From positions 298 to 64,297 of the IMG/VR virus record IMGVR_UViG_2840908651_000002: a stretch of 64,000 nucleotides of DNA; one strand, given 5' to 3'. The notes under the pieces were generated by a model that was given only the letters and a program-made list of their open reading frames with translations, made no database searches and was not told the origin of the DNA. The stretch comes from a virus (Duplodnaviria > Caudoviricetes). The translations under genes and the position numbers were made by a program. Of the stretch, positions 1-9,600 are shown piece after piece. Within the stretch, counting starts at the first letter, position 1. Every line of letters begins with the position of its first letter.

Positions 1-525
1 GCCTCGCTTATGGACAACCGCCGCTGCGTCCCCCGATGGTCCGAACGGCAGGCCCAGCATGTCGCAGAAATACGCCGTCTGAGCGGCGGCATAGGCCGGG
101 TCACGCAGGATCTTGTCGTAGTGCAGGTGCAGCACGAAATGCGCGCCGAACAGGTTTGTAACTATGGATCGGGCGTGTCGGGTGTCGCGCTGGATCGACT
201 TTGCCATGACACGGCGCGCGGTGCGGTCATTGCGTGTGCCGATCATCTTCAACTGGCTCTTTGCCTGTTCTACCGGATCGCGGGTCAGAAAGATCGCGGC
301 ACCGTTGGGATGGCGAACGCGCGTCACGGTCGGGTCAATCCACTTGACCGCGCGCCCGGCCTGTAGAGCGAGCCATTCGTGATCCACTCCCGAGGGTGTG
401 ACCGGAATATCCTCGAAGGCCGGATGCGTACCGGCGCACGGGACACCCGCAGCCTGTAGCATCTGCATCACCATCGTCGTGCCGCAGCGGCCAAGCCCGG
501 TCACGAAAAGGACGGGGGTTCTCAT
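1..525 (-). CDS. Sulfotransferase-family P-loop protein (3' end off window; not in ORF track)
   Basis: ATG at 525 overlaps upstream stop (TGATG); hand translation MRTPVLFVTGLGRCGTTMVMQML...FLTRDP...LHYDKILRDP resembles the GxxRSGTT / RDP / YExLxxDP sulfotransferase motifs. Confidence 0.7.
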   Translation of the reverse strand, partial: MRTPVLFVTGLGRCGTTMVMQMLQAAGVPCAGTHPAFEDIPVTPSGVDHEWLALQAGRAVKWIDPTVTRVRHPNGAAIFLTRDPVEQAKSQLKMIGTRNDRTARRVMAKSIQRDTRHARSIVTNLFGAHFVLHLHYDKILRDPAYAAAQTAYFCDMLGLPFGPSGDAAAVVHKRG

Positions 526-995
526 CACGTCTCTCCCTTCGGCGGCGGCAGGCGCAGCGGCCCGTCAGTGGTGGTGATCGCGTCCCCGACGCGCCGTCCG
601 TCTGGCAGATGGATATGCGGCAGGAACGCGCTGTCCGTGTCGAGGAAGCCGACCATCATCATTGCGGCCTGCGCCTTGATCCAGTCGGCCAATATCGCCC
701 ACGCGGCCCGCTCGGCCTGCTGGCGGGCCTTGGCGCGGTGCTGCGCCACGGTCGAGCGCATCCGGCTGCTATGTGGGTTCTCTCGCAGCCATGCCTCGGC
801 ATAGGCACCGACACGCACCGGTATCGTGATCTCGCGACCATGCAGCCGAAACTGCGCGATGATCTTGTCGTCATCGTCATCCACCATGAAACCCACGGCG
901 GTTGCACCGACACCGCGTAGGGTGTCGCGGATTTCCTTCTCGCGGGCCTGACCGGCGGTCGATTGGGCGTAGGGGAGCTTCATGGACGTGGTCAC
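525..995 (-). CDS. Hypothetical phage protein
   Basis: 156-aa ORF, translationally coupled to both neighbours. Confidence 0.75.
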   Translation of the reverse strand: MTTSMKLPYAQSTAGQAREKEIRDTLRGVGATAVGFMVDDDDDKIIAQFRLHGREITIPVRVGAYAEAWLRENPHSSRMRSTVAQHRAKARQQAERAAWAILADWIKAQAAMMMVGFLDTDSAFLPHIHLPDGRRVGDAITTTDGPLRLPPPKGET

Positions 996-1396
996 CGCAT
1001 GATCATGTTCTGGATGGCTATTTCCAGACCGCTAGTGTGGCCGCGAAGCATGGACACCAGCACCTCCGAGATCATTTCGGGGATGCGCGTGCGGATTTCC
1101 TCCGCGATCATGGTCCTCATCTCTTTCTCGCGCCGGTCCAGTTCCTTCTGGATCGCCTCCTTGACCTTGCCGCCCATGACCTCCCGCACATGCTCTTGCA
1201 GCCACGGTTTCGGGCCTCCGAAGTGCCGGGTGTTGGTGTCACGGTAGAGTTCCGCGTTGATCGCGTCCGAGACGAGCTTCTGGAGCATTTCGTCGGGCAT
1301 GAGGTTGCCGATATCACCGCGTATCTTGGCCGTGATCCTGTCACGGAATTGGCGCATCGGGTCGTTGTCTGCTTCGGTTGCGGGGACGTTGGTCAT
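992..1396 (-). CDS. Hypothetical helical protein
   Basis: 134 aa, ATGA overlaps on both sides. Confidence 0.75.
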   Translation of the reverse strand: MTNVPATEADNDPMRQFRDRITAKIRGDIGNLMPDEMLQKLVSDAINAELYRDTNTRHFGGPKPWLQEHVREVMGGKVKEAIQKELDRREKEMRTMIAEEIRTRIPEMISEVLVSMLRGHTSGLEIAIQNMIMR

Positions 1397-3084
1397 GAGT
1401 TTTCTCCTTCTGCTGCGGTCTCGCCCAAAATGGACTTTGCCAACTGCCTGATCCGGGTTTCGTTCACAGGGGTCGCTTCGCTGGCGCCACCAAAGGGGTT
1501 TAGGATTCCGTGGCTTTGCGACGCCTTGAGGCCGAGCGCCGCCATGATCGCCGGGTCGGAGCCGCCGTTGACGTGCAGGAAATGGGCCGTAACAGGGCGC
1601 GTTTGCCCGTGCCGGTGCAGGCGACCGGTGAATTGCACATGCACCTGCGGCGACCAGTCCAGTTCGGCGTAGACGACATGCGCCGCACGGGTTTGCAGGC
1701 CGTCGATCCCGGCGCCGGAGCGCAGCGACATGAGCATGACGTTCGTATCGCCTTCGATGAACGCTTGACTGGCCTTCTTCTTGGCCGCCGTACTCTCCGA
1801 ACCCGTGAACATCATCGGATTGAGATCGGCCAGCCGCTCAAGAAGGATGTTGTAGACCTCGCGGTGCCACGCACCGACCAGAACCGGCTCGCCGCTCTCG
1901 ACGAGGGTCCGAACATAAGCGGCGACCGACCGCGCCTTGGCGACACCCGTCTCGTGGCGCATCAGCATGTTGAGCTCGCGCGCGGCAATGCCGCGCTCGT
2001 GGAACGACCCGCCCAGGACTCTCTGCGCCAGCTTCACCTGCAACTCACGGTCGGTTTGCACCGCACCGTCATCCCAATCGACCTCGATTACCGTCTTGGA
2101 AAGACCGGGGAGCGTCGCGGCGACCTCGGCGTGATCGTTGGTGCGGCGAAGGGTTATCCCTTCTTCTTGCAGGAATGCGCCAAGCGCCTCTGGGTCTTTC
2201 ACGATCCAATGCGTCCCGTGCGAGACGCACCAGTTGGTGATGAACTCCGGCCATGAGCCGAGAGCGCCGGGCGCGATATACTCGACCACGTTGAATATCT
2301 CGGAGCCGTAATTATAGATCGGCGTGGCACTGAGCCCGAGGCGGTTTTCCACCATTGAGCAGATCGACGCCGCCGCTCGCCCCTTCTCGGTCGCCTCTCC
2401 GTGGCGTAGCTCCTGAATCTCGTCGAAGATCACGGTGCGCAAGCCCATCGGCTCGATCATGTCCACCCAGGCGGCGATATTGGAGTAGCGGAAGACATAG
2501 ATATCGGCGACCTGCATCGGGCGCGGGTTGCGATCCTTGATCTCAACCGCTCGCAGGTGCGTGAACCGCTCGATATACTGCACCACCCACTGTGCGGAGA
2601 GGTGAGGCTGCACGACCACGGCGGCGGGCAGGCCCCAGCCGTCCGAGATCGCCGCCAGCGCGGAGACGGTCTTGCCGAGACCGACATCATCGAGCAGCAG
2701 AAGGCGACCGGTCTTGCGGAACAGGTCGGCGGCGCGGCACTGATACCCCATTGGAGCCTCGCCGTCGCGAAACCCGCCCAGGAGCGGCGGGGTGTATTCA
2801 ACGGAATGGATGGCCTCGATCTGCGCTTGGTTGTCGCGGTAGGCGTTCAGTTGCGTCGAAAGGCGGCCTTTGGTGGTCCCATCCATTTTCAGCGGGTATC
2901 GCTGCATGAACCACTCGAGATCGGCAGCGGTGGACGGTCGATCGCGTAGAACGAATGGCGGAACCGAGCCAAAGGGAACCCCCTTGAATACATCCTTGAA
3001 GCGCATGGAAACATGAGGCTTGAGCCGCGATACGACCCATGCCGGCTCGATCCGTTCGCTCGCGTAGTGCAGGCGTCCGTTCAC
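1393..3084 (-). CDS. SNF2-family (SF2) helicase/ATPase
   Basis: DDVGLGKT, DEIQ, LSATP, SLRSGAGIDGLQ, QFTGRLHRHGQ motifs; GTG start at 3084 overlaps upstream stop (GTGA). Confidence 0.9.
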   Translation of the reverse strand: MNGRLHYASERIEPAWVVSRLKPHVSMRFKDVFKGVPFGSVPPFVLRDRPSTAADLEWFMQRYPLKMDGTTKGRLSTQLNAYRDNQAQIEAIHSVEYTPPLLGGFRDGEAPMGYQCRAADLFRKTGRLLLLDDVGLGKTVSALAAISDGWGLPAAVVVQPHLSAQWVVQYIERFTHLRAVEIKDRNPRPMQVADIYVFRYSNIAAWVDMIEPMGLRTVIFDEIQELRHGEATEKGRAAASICSMVENRLGLSATPIYNYGSEIFNVVEYIAPGALGSWPEFITNWCVSHGTHWIVKDPEALGAFLQEEGITLRRTNDHAEVAATLPGLSKTVIEVDWDDGAVQTDRELQVKLAQRVLGGSFHERGIAARELNMLMRHETGVAKARSVAAYVRTLVESGEPVLVGAWHREVYNILLERLADLNPMMFTGSESTAAKKKASQAFIEGDTNVMLMSLRSGAGIDGLQTRAAHVVYAELDWSPQVHVQFTGRLHRHGQTRPVTAHFLHVNGGSDPAIMAALGLKASQSHGILNPFGGASEATPVNETRIRQLAKSILGETAAEGENS

Positions 3085-3464
3085 AGCCACCCCCTCGACA
3101 GATCCGCGACGAACAGCGGTATGCCCTCGACATCCTTGATGCTGGTGGGCCACGGCGTTCCTGTCGCCAAAACGAGGGCCGCGATCTCCGGCAGGGCCGC
3201 GTAGCGAACCAACTGCCTCCATATCGCGCGGCGGGGGTGCCCGACCTTGATCTCTACCCCGACCGGTCCGCAGAGAATGTCGATGCGATCCTTGGCGCTC
3301 AGGCGCGCCTCGGACTGGCATTCGATCCCCGCTGCCTCGATCACGGCAAGGACATCCCGGTGCGCCGTCGCCTCAGACGTCAGGTTGATCCGCGCCGCCT
3401 GTATCTCGGTGGCGATCCGGCGCGCGAGAAGGCTGGGGTGTATGGCGCATTCACCCGCCATCAC
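3081..3464 (-). CDS. PD-(D/E)XK nuclease-like protein
   Basis: E...RIDIL...VEIK...QLVRYA pattern. Confidence 0.65.
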   Translation of the reverse strand: MMAGECAIHPSLLARRIATEIQAARINLTSEATAHRDVLAVIEAAGIECQSEARLSAKDRIDILCGPVGVEIKVGHPRRAIWRQLVRYAALPEIAALVLATGTPWPTSIKDVEGIPLFVADLSRGWL

Positions 3465-4381
3465 TCACCCCCTGCCAGCGCGTGGAAGGCCGCGCGGACG
3501 ATGTCCTTTTGCACGGTCCAAGGCACGGCAATGTTCTCAAAGCGCTCCCTTGCCTGAGCATCGTAATAAGGGAGGGAGACGTAATGCTCTCCCATCATCA
3601 CGGGTTTGAGCCTGTCGAAAACAGGATTGGGCGTGTGGTCCAGCAGCACCCGCGCCGCCTCTCCCACCGTCACGGGGGCGGAGGTGAGGGCATCCGCTCT
3701 CGCGCGGGTATTGTTACGTGCCTGTCTTCTGTTCGCCTCTGCCCTAAGCTCGTCGGGCCAAACAGCCGATCCTATTGTTCCTGCTGTCGCATATTCCCAT
3801 TGACAGATCGGACATGGCGCTCCTGCGCCGCACTCGCAGCCATCGACGCTCCACGGGCGGTCTCTGTGGTTTTCGCAAACCCACTTCTCTCCGGCGCAGT
3901 TTCTGCATGTATCACTCAGGGCGAGGTCGAGAGTGGATTGGGGGATGCAGTGAAGGGCCGCGCGGAATATCTTGGGCGCGTGCCAGTCTGGCTTGTGAAT
4001 AATCGTATCCGGGCCGGGATAGTTCTGCCGGAACCAATCCGCGAAACGCTCCTGCATTTCAGCGGTGACGGTGATTTTCCCAGCCCCCTGTGCCTTCCCG
4101 TCCGCGTAGCCCTGTCGATAGGCATGATCCTTCATGCGCAGGTCCCACGGGCAGCGACTGGAATATTCTGGGGCTTCGCTCTCTCGCCACATCCCCATGC
4201 CGTCCTGCGGGCCGTCTGGACCGTTCGGCCCCACGCGCTCGGCGGCGTCCTCGAAACTGTATCTGCCAGCCTGTGATTTCAGGCCGGTGTAGCCCGCCGC
4301 ATTGGGGCGATAGTAGAGGCCGCGCTTCTCGATCAGGTATAGATCATTGCTCATTTCTTCGGTGTTCCTGTTCTCAGTCAT
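3461..4381 (-). CDS. Hypothetical multi-module phage protein with a Cys cluster
   Basis: Start MTENRN at 4381 after GGAGG; CRNC..CENH..CECG..CPIC. Confidence 0.7.
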   Translation of the reverse strand: MTENRNTEEMSNDLYLIEKRGLYYRPNAAGYTGLKSQAGRYSFEDAAERVGPNGPDGPQDGMGMWRESEAPEYSSRCPWDLRMKDHAYRQGYADGKAQGAGKITVTAEMQERFADWFRQNYPGPDTIIHKPDWHAPKIFRAALHCIPQSTLDLALSDTCRNCAGEKWVCENHRDRPWSVDGCECGAGAPCPICQWEYATAGTIGSAVWPDELRAEANRRQARNNTRARADALTSAPVTVGEAARVLLDHTPNPVFDRLKPVMMGEHYVSLPYYDAQARERFENIAVPWTVQKDIVRAAFHALAGGE

Positions 4382-4392
4382 CGGAACCTCCT

Positions 4393-5457
4393 TCAATGCG
4401 TCACGAATGCGATGGGCACGGGCGAGGCCCAGCACACACCGCAGTTGCCGCAGTGGGTGCCGCGCGGGCTGCCTTCCATCCCGTCGCGCTGCTCGGGGCA
4501 GACCACGGCATCGCCGATCCGCTTCTGCGCGGTCGGGAAATCGACGGTGAAGGTTCCCCACGGGCCGGTCACGTCGCTGTGCCGCATCCAGAAGCGATCC
4601 GGGTGCCGCCCGCGCACCGCGGCGATGTAATCCCCGATCTCGGTGCCTTGCTTGTGGGCGGTGAAGCCGAACACGAACAGGTTGGGGTGACGCTCAAGCG
4701 CGCGGGACCAGAACTCGACGTATTCGACCGACCAGAAATCCCCCAGGACATGCAGGCGGATCAGGATGCGTTCATGCCGATTGCAGAGGGCCGCGATCTC
4801 CTGGTCGAGCTGGGCGATCAGCGCGGGGCCGTGCCGCCAGCGCCGAGCGTGGGGCATGGAGTTGCCATAGCAGGATTGCCAATGAGCACAGGCCCTCGGG
4901 CACGTCGCGCGTTCCTCGAGCGTCAGCGTGTAGATGCGCGCCCCCTTGAGCCAGCCGACAAGCACGTCGCCGCCGATCTTTGCAGCGTTGCAGCCGTCTT
5001 TCAGAAGCGGCTCGCCGGGGTCGGGCTCGAACACGCGGCCCGGAAACAGCGTGCGCCGCGCATCGGCCGCCACGGTGGTAGAGGGATCGCCCATCGGCAC
5101 CGGCACGGTCTTGAATCGACGGCGGTCCTGCGCGCGCGCGCTCTTGGCCTTGGCGGCTCCTGCTTTGCGAAGGGCGGCCACGTCCCCCTTGGATTGCTTC
5201 CGCCCGCCACGGCTCAGGCCCACCGCGTAGATGTCGTTGTAGACCGTCTGGACCTTCACGCCGATGGCCTCCGCGATCTGGTGCGGCGTCTTTCCGCGCT
5301 TCGTGTCCTGCGCGACGATCTTGCGACGGAGTGCGACCTTGGGGCAGGGCTCGCGCCCGCGCCGCTCCTTCGTGGGCTTCTCTGGCACCGCTTCTACGCG
5401 GCCCGCGCTCACCGCCTCGTCAATGGCGGCGCGCTCATCTGGTGACAGCACATCCAT
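4393..5457 (-). CDS. N-terminal HTH plus GP88-like (radical-SAM-like Cys-rich) domain
   Basis: HTH PHQIAEAIGVKVQTVYND; TCPRAC..CY, RLHVLGDF..EY, FGFT, CP...CGNCGVCW. Confidence 0.65.
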   Translation of the reverse strand: MDVLSPDERAAIDEAVSAGRVEAVPEKPTKERRGREPCPKVALRRKIVAQDTKRGKTPHQIAEAIGVKVQTVYNDIYAVGLSRGGRKQSKGDVAALRKAGAAKAKSARAQDRRRFKTVPVPMGDPSTTVAADARRTLFPGRVFEPDPGEPLLKDGCNAAKIGGDVLVGWLKGARIYTLTLEERATCPRACAHWQSCYGNSMPHARRWRHGPALIAQLDQEIAALCNRHERILIRLHVLGDFWSVEYVEFWSRALERHPNLFVFGFTAHKQGTEIGDYIAAVRGRHPDRFWMRHSDVTGPWGTFTVDFPTAQKRIGDAVVCPEQRDGMEGSPRGTHCGNCGVCWASPVPIAFVTH

Positions 5458-5666
5458 TAGCGGTGCCCTTCCGAGCGCGACAGAATTTCATCAAGGCAGA
5501 TGATCGGCCACAGCAGGAGCATGGCAAAGGCCACAACCTCAATGAGTGCGGGCAGCCACGGCCCATCCTCCATCATGACCTCGCGCACCATGTCCCGCTC
5601 GTGATCGAAATGGCGCAGCCCGGCGGCGATGGGGAGAAGGTAGAGGATAATGGCGAGCCACATCAT
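5457..5666 (-). CDS. Small two-TM membrane protein
   Basis: Two hydrophobic stretches, coupled to neighbours. Confidence 0.6.
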   Translation of the reverse strand: MMWLAIILYLLPIAAGLRHFDHERDMVREVMMEDGPWLPALIEVVAFAMLLLWPIICLDEILSRSEGHR

Positions 5667-6088
5667 GCAGCACCCGCCTTGTCTGCCGCCGCCTCCACCA
5701 GCACCAAGAGGCCGATCTTCACGTCATCCTGGCAGGCGCGGAACGCGGTGAGCATCGCGGTCTCGACCTTGCTTTGGGAGGCCAGATCATCGGCGCGCGC
5801 CCCGTCGAGAGCATACTTCGCCGGGAGGCCGTTCCAGAAATAGTGCAGGTCGCAGGCCAGCACCTCGGCGATCCGAAAGAGCTTCGACGCGCTCACGCGG
5901 TTCGCGCCGGTCTCGTATTTCTGGACCTGCTGGAATTTCACGCCGATAGCCGCGCCAAGCTCGGTCTGCGTCATACCGACCGCCCTGCGTCGGTCACGGA
6001 TGCGCGCGCCGACATGGGTGTCGATATCGGCATCAGGCATGGCCTTGAGTTGTGGCTTCATGGTGTCGATCCTTTCTCGCCCGATCAC
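5663..6088 (-). CDS. XRE-family HTH regulator
   Basis: VGARIRDRR...TQTELGAAIGVKFQQVQKYETGANRVSASKL, typical alphaproteobacterial XRE. Confidence 0.9.
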   Translation of the reverse strand: MIGRERIDTMKPQLKAMPDADIDTHVGARIRDRRRAVGMTQTELGAAIGVKFQQVQKYETGANRVSASKLFRIAEVLACDLHYFWNGLPAKYALDGARADDLASQSKVETAMLTAFRACQDDVKIGLLVLVEAAADKAGAA

Positions 6089-6441
6089 GCGGGACTGGTT
6101 TCAGCAGGGACTTCGCGCGGGATGCGGACTGTGTCCGGGGCCTCTGCGATCCGCTCGAGCATCTGGAAGCTCTTGGGGTAGATCGGGCGGAAGCGCACGA
6201 TGGCGGCGAAGCCGGGCGTGTCGCAGACGCGCCTCCATTCCTTGCGGAACCAGCCGACACGCACCTTCTTCCAGCGCCAGAGCCAGCCGGGGCAATCAGT
6301 GGTGAGGGGGTCAGTCATCAGAATGCCGCAGCGGGCATCGAATTCGACCTGATACACCAACCCTTCACGCAGCAGGTGGGTGGGGCATGGGCCCCCATCG
6401 TGCGGAACCCATGCCCCCTTTTCGGTGCCCGGTTCAGGCAT
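6085..6441 (-). CDS. Hypothetical phage protein
   Basis: Probable start MPEPG at 6441; WVPHDGGPCP motif. Confidence 0.6.
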   Translation of the reverse strand: MPEPGTEKGAWVPHDGGPCPTHLLREGLVYQVEFDARCGILMTDPLTTDCPGWLWRWKKVRVGWFRKEWRRVCDTPGFAAIVRFRPIYPKSFQMLERIAEAPDTVRIPREVPAETSPA

Positions 6442-7513
6442 CGCCGCCCCCATCGTCCTCCCCGCCAATCCCGCGGATGTTCTCGGCGAGATCGAGAAGC
6501 CGCTGGTGGACGTCAGGCATGGCCCCCTCGAGCGCGGCCATCTGGTCCTTGTAGACGTCCAGCACCTCGTCCACGCCATCGCCCATAGTGGCGGCCAGAT
6601 CCTTTTCGATGAGGTCAGCGGCCTTGTTCAGGTCGATATCCGGAGCGGGCTTTTCGTGCCCAGCGGCGGCCCGGATTTCATCGAGGCGCTTGCGGTAGTG
6701 CTTCCGCGCCTTCTCGATGTCGCCGCCGGCGAGCTTCCCGGCGTCCTTCGCCGCGTCGGTCAGCGCGGCCTCGGTCTTGGCCGCATCCATGTTTTTGATC
6801 ATGATCGAGAGCGAGGGGGCACCGTCGTCTTTCGCGCCGGAATCGCGCCCGCGCTTCTTCGCAACCTTGCTGGCGACCGACGACGCCTTGCTGCCACCCT
6901 TGGGCGCCTCTTCCTCGGGGGTGACGTCGCGCATGTCGTCAGGCATGTCCCGTGCCTCTTCGGCCATAGCCACACCACGCAGCACATCCGCGAAAGTGTC
7001 ACGCAGCGCGAAACCGCGCGCGCGCATCTGCATCATGCGTTTGGGATATTGCGTCCACGGCCCCTGCTTGTTCAGCAGGCTGGCCTGTTGTGCGTCGTCG
7101 CGGGTAAATTCTCGCGTGACGCTGTTGGCCTGCCCCTTGCGCTTGACCGTGCAGGACGCGCCGTCGTCGCCCACGTCCTCGTTGATGTATTCCAACTTGC
7201 CCGAAGCCTGCACGAGTGCCAGCATGGCATCGCCCCAGATCGAGGGTCGGCCATTGATCACGGCGATGTTCTGCATGGCCTGCATCGGCGGCAAGCCAAG
7301 CTCATAACCCCACTGGATCGCGACGAGGACGTTGCCGGGTTTGCCCTGGTAGTCCTTCGGGATGATGCTGGACCCGCTGAGAATATCCGCAAAGCGCATC
7401 GCTTCGTCGAGGGTCTTGGGGGTGAGGTCGGCCATTCCGCCGGTCGGCACCTGACCCTGCTCTTGTTTCGGAATGGCCATGAGGGGGCCGGGCTTCTCCA
7501 TCGTTTGCGTCAT
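6434..7513 (-). CDS. RecT-like single-strand annealing recombinase
   Basis: GKPGNVLVAIQWGYELGL..MQAMQNIAVINGRP...WTQYPKRM..RARGFALRD; adjacent to exonuclease. Confidence 0.8.
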   Translation of the reverse strand: MTQTMEKPGPLMAIPKQEQGQVPTGGMADLTPKTLDEAMRFADILSGSSIIPKDYQGKPGNVLVAIQWGYELGLPPMQAMQNIAVINGRPSIWGDAMLALVQASGKLEYINEDVGDDGASCTVKRKGQANSVTREFTRDDAQQASLLNKQGPWTQYPKRMMQMRARGFALRDTFADVLRGVAMAEEARDMPDDMRDVTPEEEAPKGGSKASSVASKVAKKRGRDSGAKDDGAPSLSIMIKNMDAAKTEAALTDAAKDAGKLAGGDIEKARKHYRKRLDEIRAAAGHEKPAPDIDLNKAADLIEKDLAATMGDGVDEVLDVYKDQMAALEGAMPDVHQRLLDLAENIRGIGGEDDGGGDA

Positions 7514-8496
7514 TGTGCGCTCTCCTTCTTGCTGACGGCGCTGGTGAGCCGCAGGACGCGGCTCTCGGTGGTTTTGGTGTAGAGCGCTGCAAGATCAGGG
7601 TGGTCGGCACGCAGCGCCTTGGCGTCGATGCGGTCGGCGGTCTGCGCCTTCCATGTCGCGATCTTCTCCCCGCCGTGCGTCAGGACCTCCGCGTCTTCCG
7701 CAGCCTTCATGATCTCGAGCTTGAGCGCGTCTTCGCGCTTCTTGAGCTCCTTCATCTGCTCCTTGACGGTGTGCAGGTTGCAGGCGGCGTCATAGGTCTC
7801 GACCCCGACAATCTCGGTCTTCGCGTTCAAGTGGCGCGGCCAGCGGTGCAGGGCGTCGTCAACGGTCGATGGATCAGGGGGCTCGCGGGCCTCGACGCGC
7901 TTCCAAAACAACGCCGCTTCCTCTTGCAGGTCTGCGACGAGCTCGTCGTTGCGCGCGATGGTGAACTGGCGAAAGTCCGAACCGCCGATCAGGACGGCAA
8001 GATCAGCGACGTCGGCCTGCGTGATCCCGAGATACCACTGGCACTGGATCAGGTAGTAATCCGGCACATCATCGGTGCCGGCGTCCCCCCAATCGCCTGC
8101 GGCGAATGCGTTGGCGGTCTTGCACTCCAACACCCGGTCGGTGGTCAGGCGCCCGTCCTTCCAGCGTACGTTGCCCGCGATCTTGGGGTTGATCACAGCG
8201 CGGTCGATATTCGCCTGCATGAACGGGTGATCCGGGTGCTGCATCTGCACGTTGACGCGCTGCACCTTGTTGCCGGTGCGCTTGGCGTATTCCCTGGCCA
8301 CCACATCCTCGAGGACTTGGCCCCAATACTGATATTCCTTCTCTTCGGTATCCTCGTCCGGGATGGGCTCGACCTTGGAGCGATAGACGCTGTAGGGCGT
8401 ACCCCAGCGGGACATACCGAGGATCGCGGCAATATCGCTGCCGCCCAAGCCCGACTGGCGGGCCTCGAGAAATTCACGCCGTGACGGTGCTGTCAT
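7510..8496 (-). CDS. YqaJ / lambda-exonuclease family nuclease
   Basis: GLGGSDIAAILG, ANID, LECKT, YYLIQCQWYL. Confidence 0.92.
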   Translation of the reverse strand: MTAPSRREFLEARQSGLGGSDIAAILGMSRWGTPYSVYRSKVEPIPDEDTEEKEYQYWGQVLEDVVAREYAKRTGNKVQRVNVQMQHPDHPFMQANIDRAVINPKIAGNVRWKDGRLTTDRVLECKTANAFAAGDWGDAGTDDVPDYYLIQCQWYLGITQADVADLAVLIGGSDFRQFTIARNDELVADLQEEAALFWKRVEAREPPDPSTVDDALHRWPRHLNAKTEIVGVETYDAACNLHTVKEQMKELKKREDALKLEIMKAAEDAEVLTHGGEKIATWKAQTADRIDAKALRADHPDLAALYTKTTESRVLRLTSAVSKKESAQ

Positions 8497-8511
8497 GGTG
8501 ATCTCCTTCGT

Positions 8512-8718
8512 TCAAATGTTGATGATGGCGCTGATGGTCAGGGCGATACCCGCGAGCGCGCCCACGCACGCCAGAACGGCGACGGCGCGGTGCGCGAGGC
8601 TGAGGGCGTCGGCGGTGCGATCCCGGCGGATTGCGGGGCGGTTCAGGGCCTCGAACATGACTTCCCTGCGCCGGATCGCGCGTAGATCATCGGCAAGCTG
8701 CCGCGTGCCCCCGCTCAT
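8512..8718 (-). CDS. Small protein with C-terminal TM helix
   Basis: Start MSGGTRQ at 8718 overlapping upstream stop (ATGA). Confidence 0.6.
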   Translation of the reverse strand: MSGGTRQLADDLRAIRRREVMFEALNRPAIRRDRTADALSLAHRAVAVLACVGALAGIALTISAIINI

Positions 8719-8870
8719 GGCTTGGGCCCGACGAGCACCGTGCGATGGCCGGTGCCCCGGCACATATCGCAAGCTACAAGGCGCGCGCGGTTGCGGTCGT
8801 CGTAATCGGTCAGGCGACCGGTTCCACCGCATTCGCGGCAGAAATCGGACGTATCGACAAGGTCTTGCAT
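8715..8870 (-). CDS. 51-aa DnaJ-type zinc-finger protein (not in ORF track); first gene of the leftward early operon
   Basis: MQDLVDTSDFCRECGGTG...CDMCRGTG; two CxxCxGxG motifs; RBS GAGGATGG upstream. Confidence 0.75.
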   Translation of the reverse strand: MQDLVDTSDFCRECGGTGRLTDYDDRNRARLVACDMCRGTGHRTVLVGPKP

Positions 8871-8888
8871 GGGTTCCATCCTCGCATC

Positions 8889-8962
8889 TTGCGAGTTGGA
8901 ATATATTGCACATAGAACAACCGATGCAACTATAAAATTCCTCTTTGCAATCAGAATGCAAA
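8889..8962 (-). promoter_or_regulatory. Leftward early promoter/operator region (OL-like)
   Basis: AT-rich; TGGAATATATTGCA at 8897-8910 is identical to 9574-9587; several TTGC/GCAA half-sites. Confidence 0.65.
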
Positions 8963-9136
8963 GCGATAGCGTTTCCTGCGGCGGGCCAGGTCGCCCGTCA
9001 CGAGTGCAAAATCTGGGTCCAGCTAGCGGAAAGGGGGAACATATGGTGAGCGATAGCGAATCGGGTGATCACACCGAGGCCGATCAGCTCGAAGAGTTCG
9101 TGGAGCTTTTGGGGGAGATGGGGCCGAAGGGGCGTG

Positions 9137-9457
9137 CTAGTTTCGCTCGCCGCCTCCGCGAGGCCGGTGAGTTGCCGCCCGAGCCATGTCAAGCCAGCCA
9201 GCGCGACGATCCGGCGACAAAGTCCTGAACACATCCAGCAGGAATTGTTCATCCTCGGGCGTGGGGGCGTCGAAATCCACAAGCTCGGGTGGCTTGACGC
9301 CCAGCACGTCGGCAAGTTGCTGCTGCAACTCTGTGTTCAGGCGGCGCTCCCCACGCTCGATCTGTGCGAAATACGGCTGGGATATGCCGAGGATTTTCGC
9401 AACCTCTCGCTGCTTCATGCCCGCTGCGACCCGGGCCTCCTTGATTCTCAGACGCAT
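9137..9457 (-). CDS. CI-like XRE repressor lacking an S24 peptidase domain
   Basis: MRLRIKEAR...KQREVAKILGISQPYFAQIERG; divergent from cro-like gene. Confidence 0.85.
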   Translation of the reverse strand: MRLRIKEARVAAGMKQREVAKILGISQPYFAQIERGERRLNTELQQQLADVLGVKPPELVDFDAPTPEDEQFLLDVFRTLSPDRRAGWLDMARAATHRPRGGGERN

Positions 9458-9563
9458 GGCTCCATCCTTGCGTTTGCATCGCGCCACCCCAAGCGGCGCA
9501 CCTTTGGTCTGCTATCATAGTGCCCGCCGGTTTCCGCCACAAAGAGTAATTTATCGCAGCGTC

Positions 9564-9597
9564 TTGACAGGTCTGGAATATATTGCAAAAAGCAATA
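9564..9597 (+). promoter_or_regulatory. PR/OR-like promoter-operator
   Basis: TTGACA at 9564; palindrome ATATTGC-N5-GCAATAT. Confidence 0.7.
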
Positions 9598-9600
9598 TTG

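Noticed and set aside
3085-3321. N-terminal extensions given by the ORF track (helicase to 3321; also 4561, 16326, 37416, 59095, 61114)
   Set aside because: They overlap upstream genes; downstream starts with RBS or stop-start coupling are better supported
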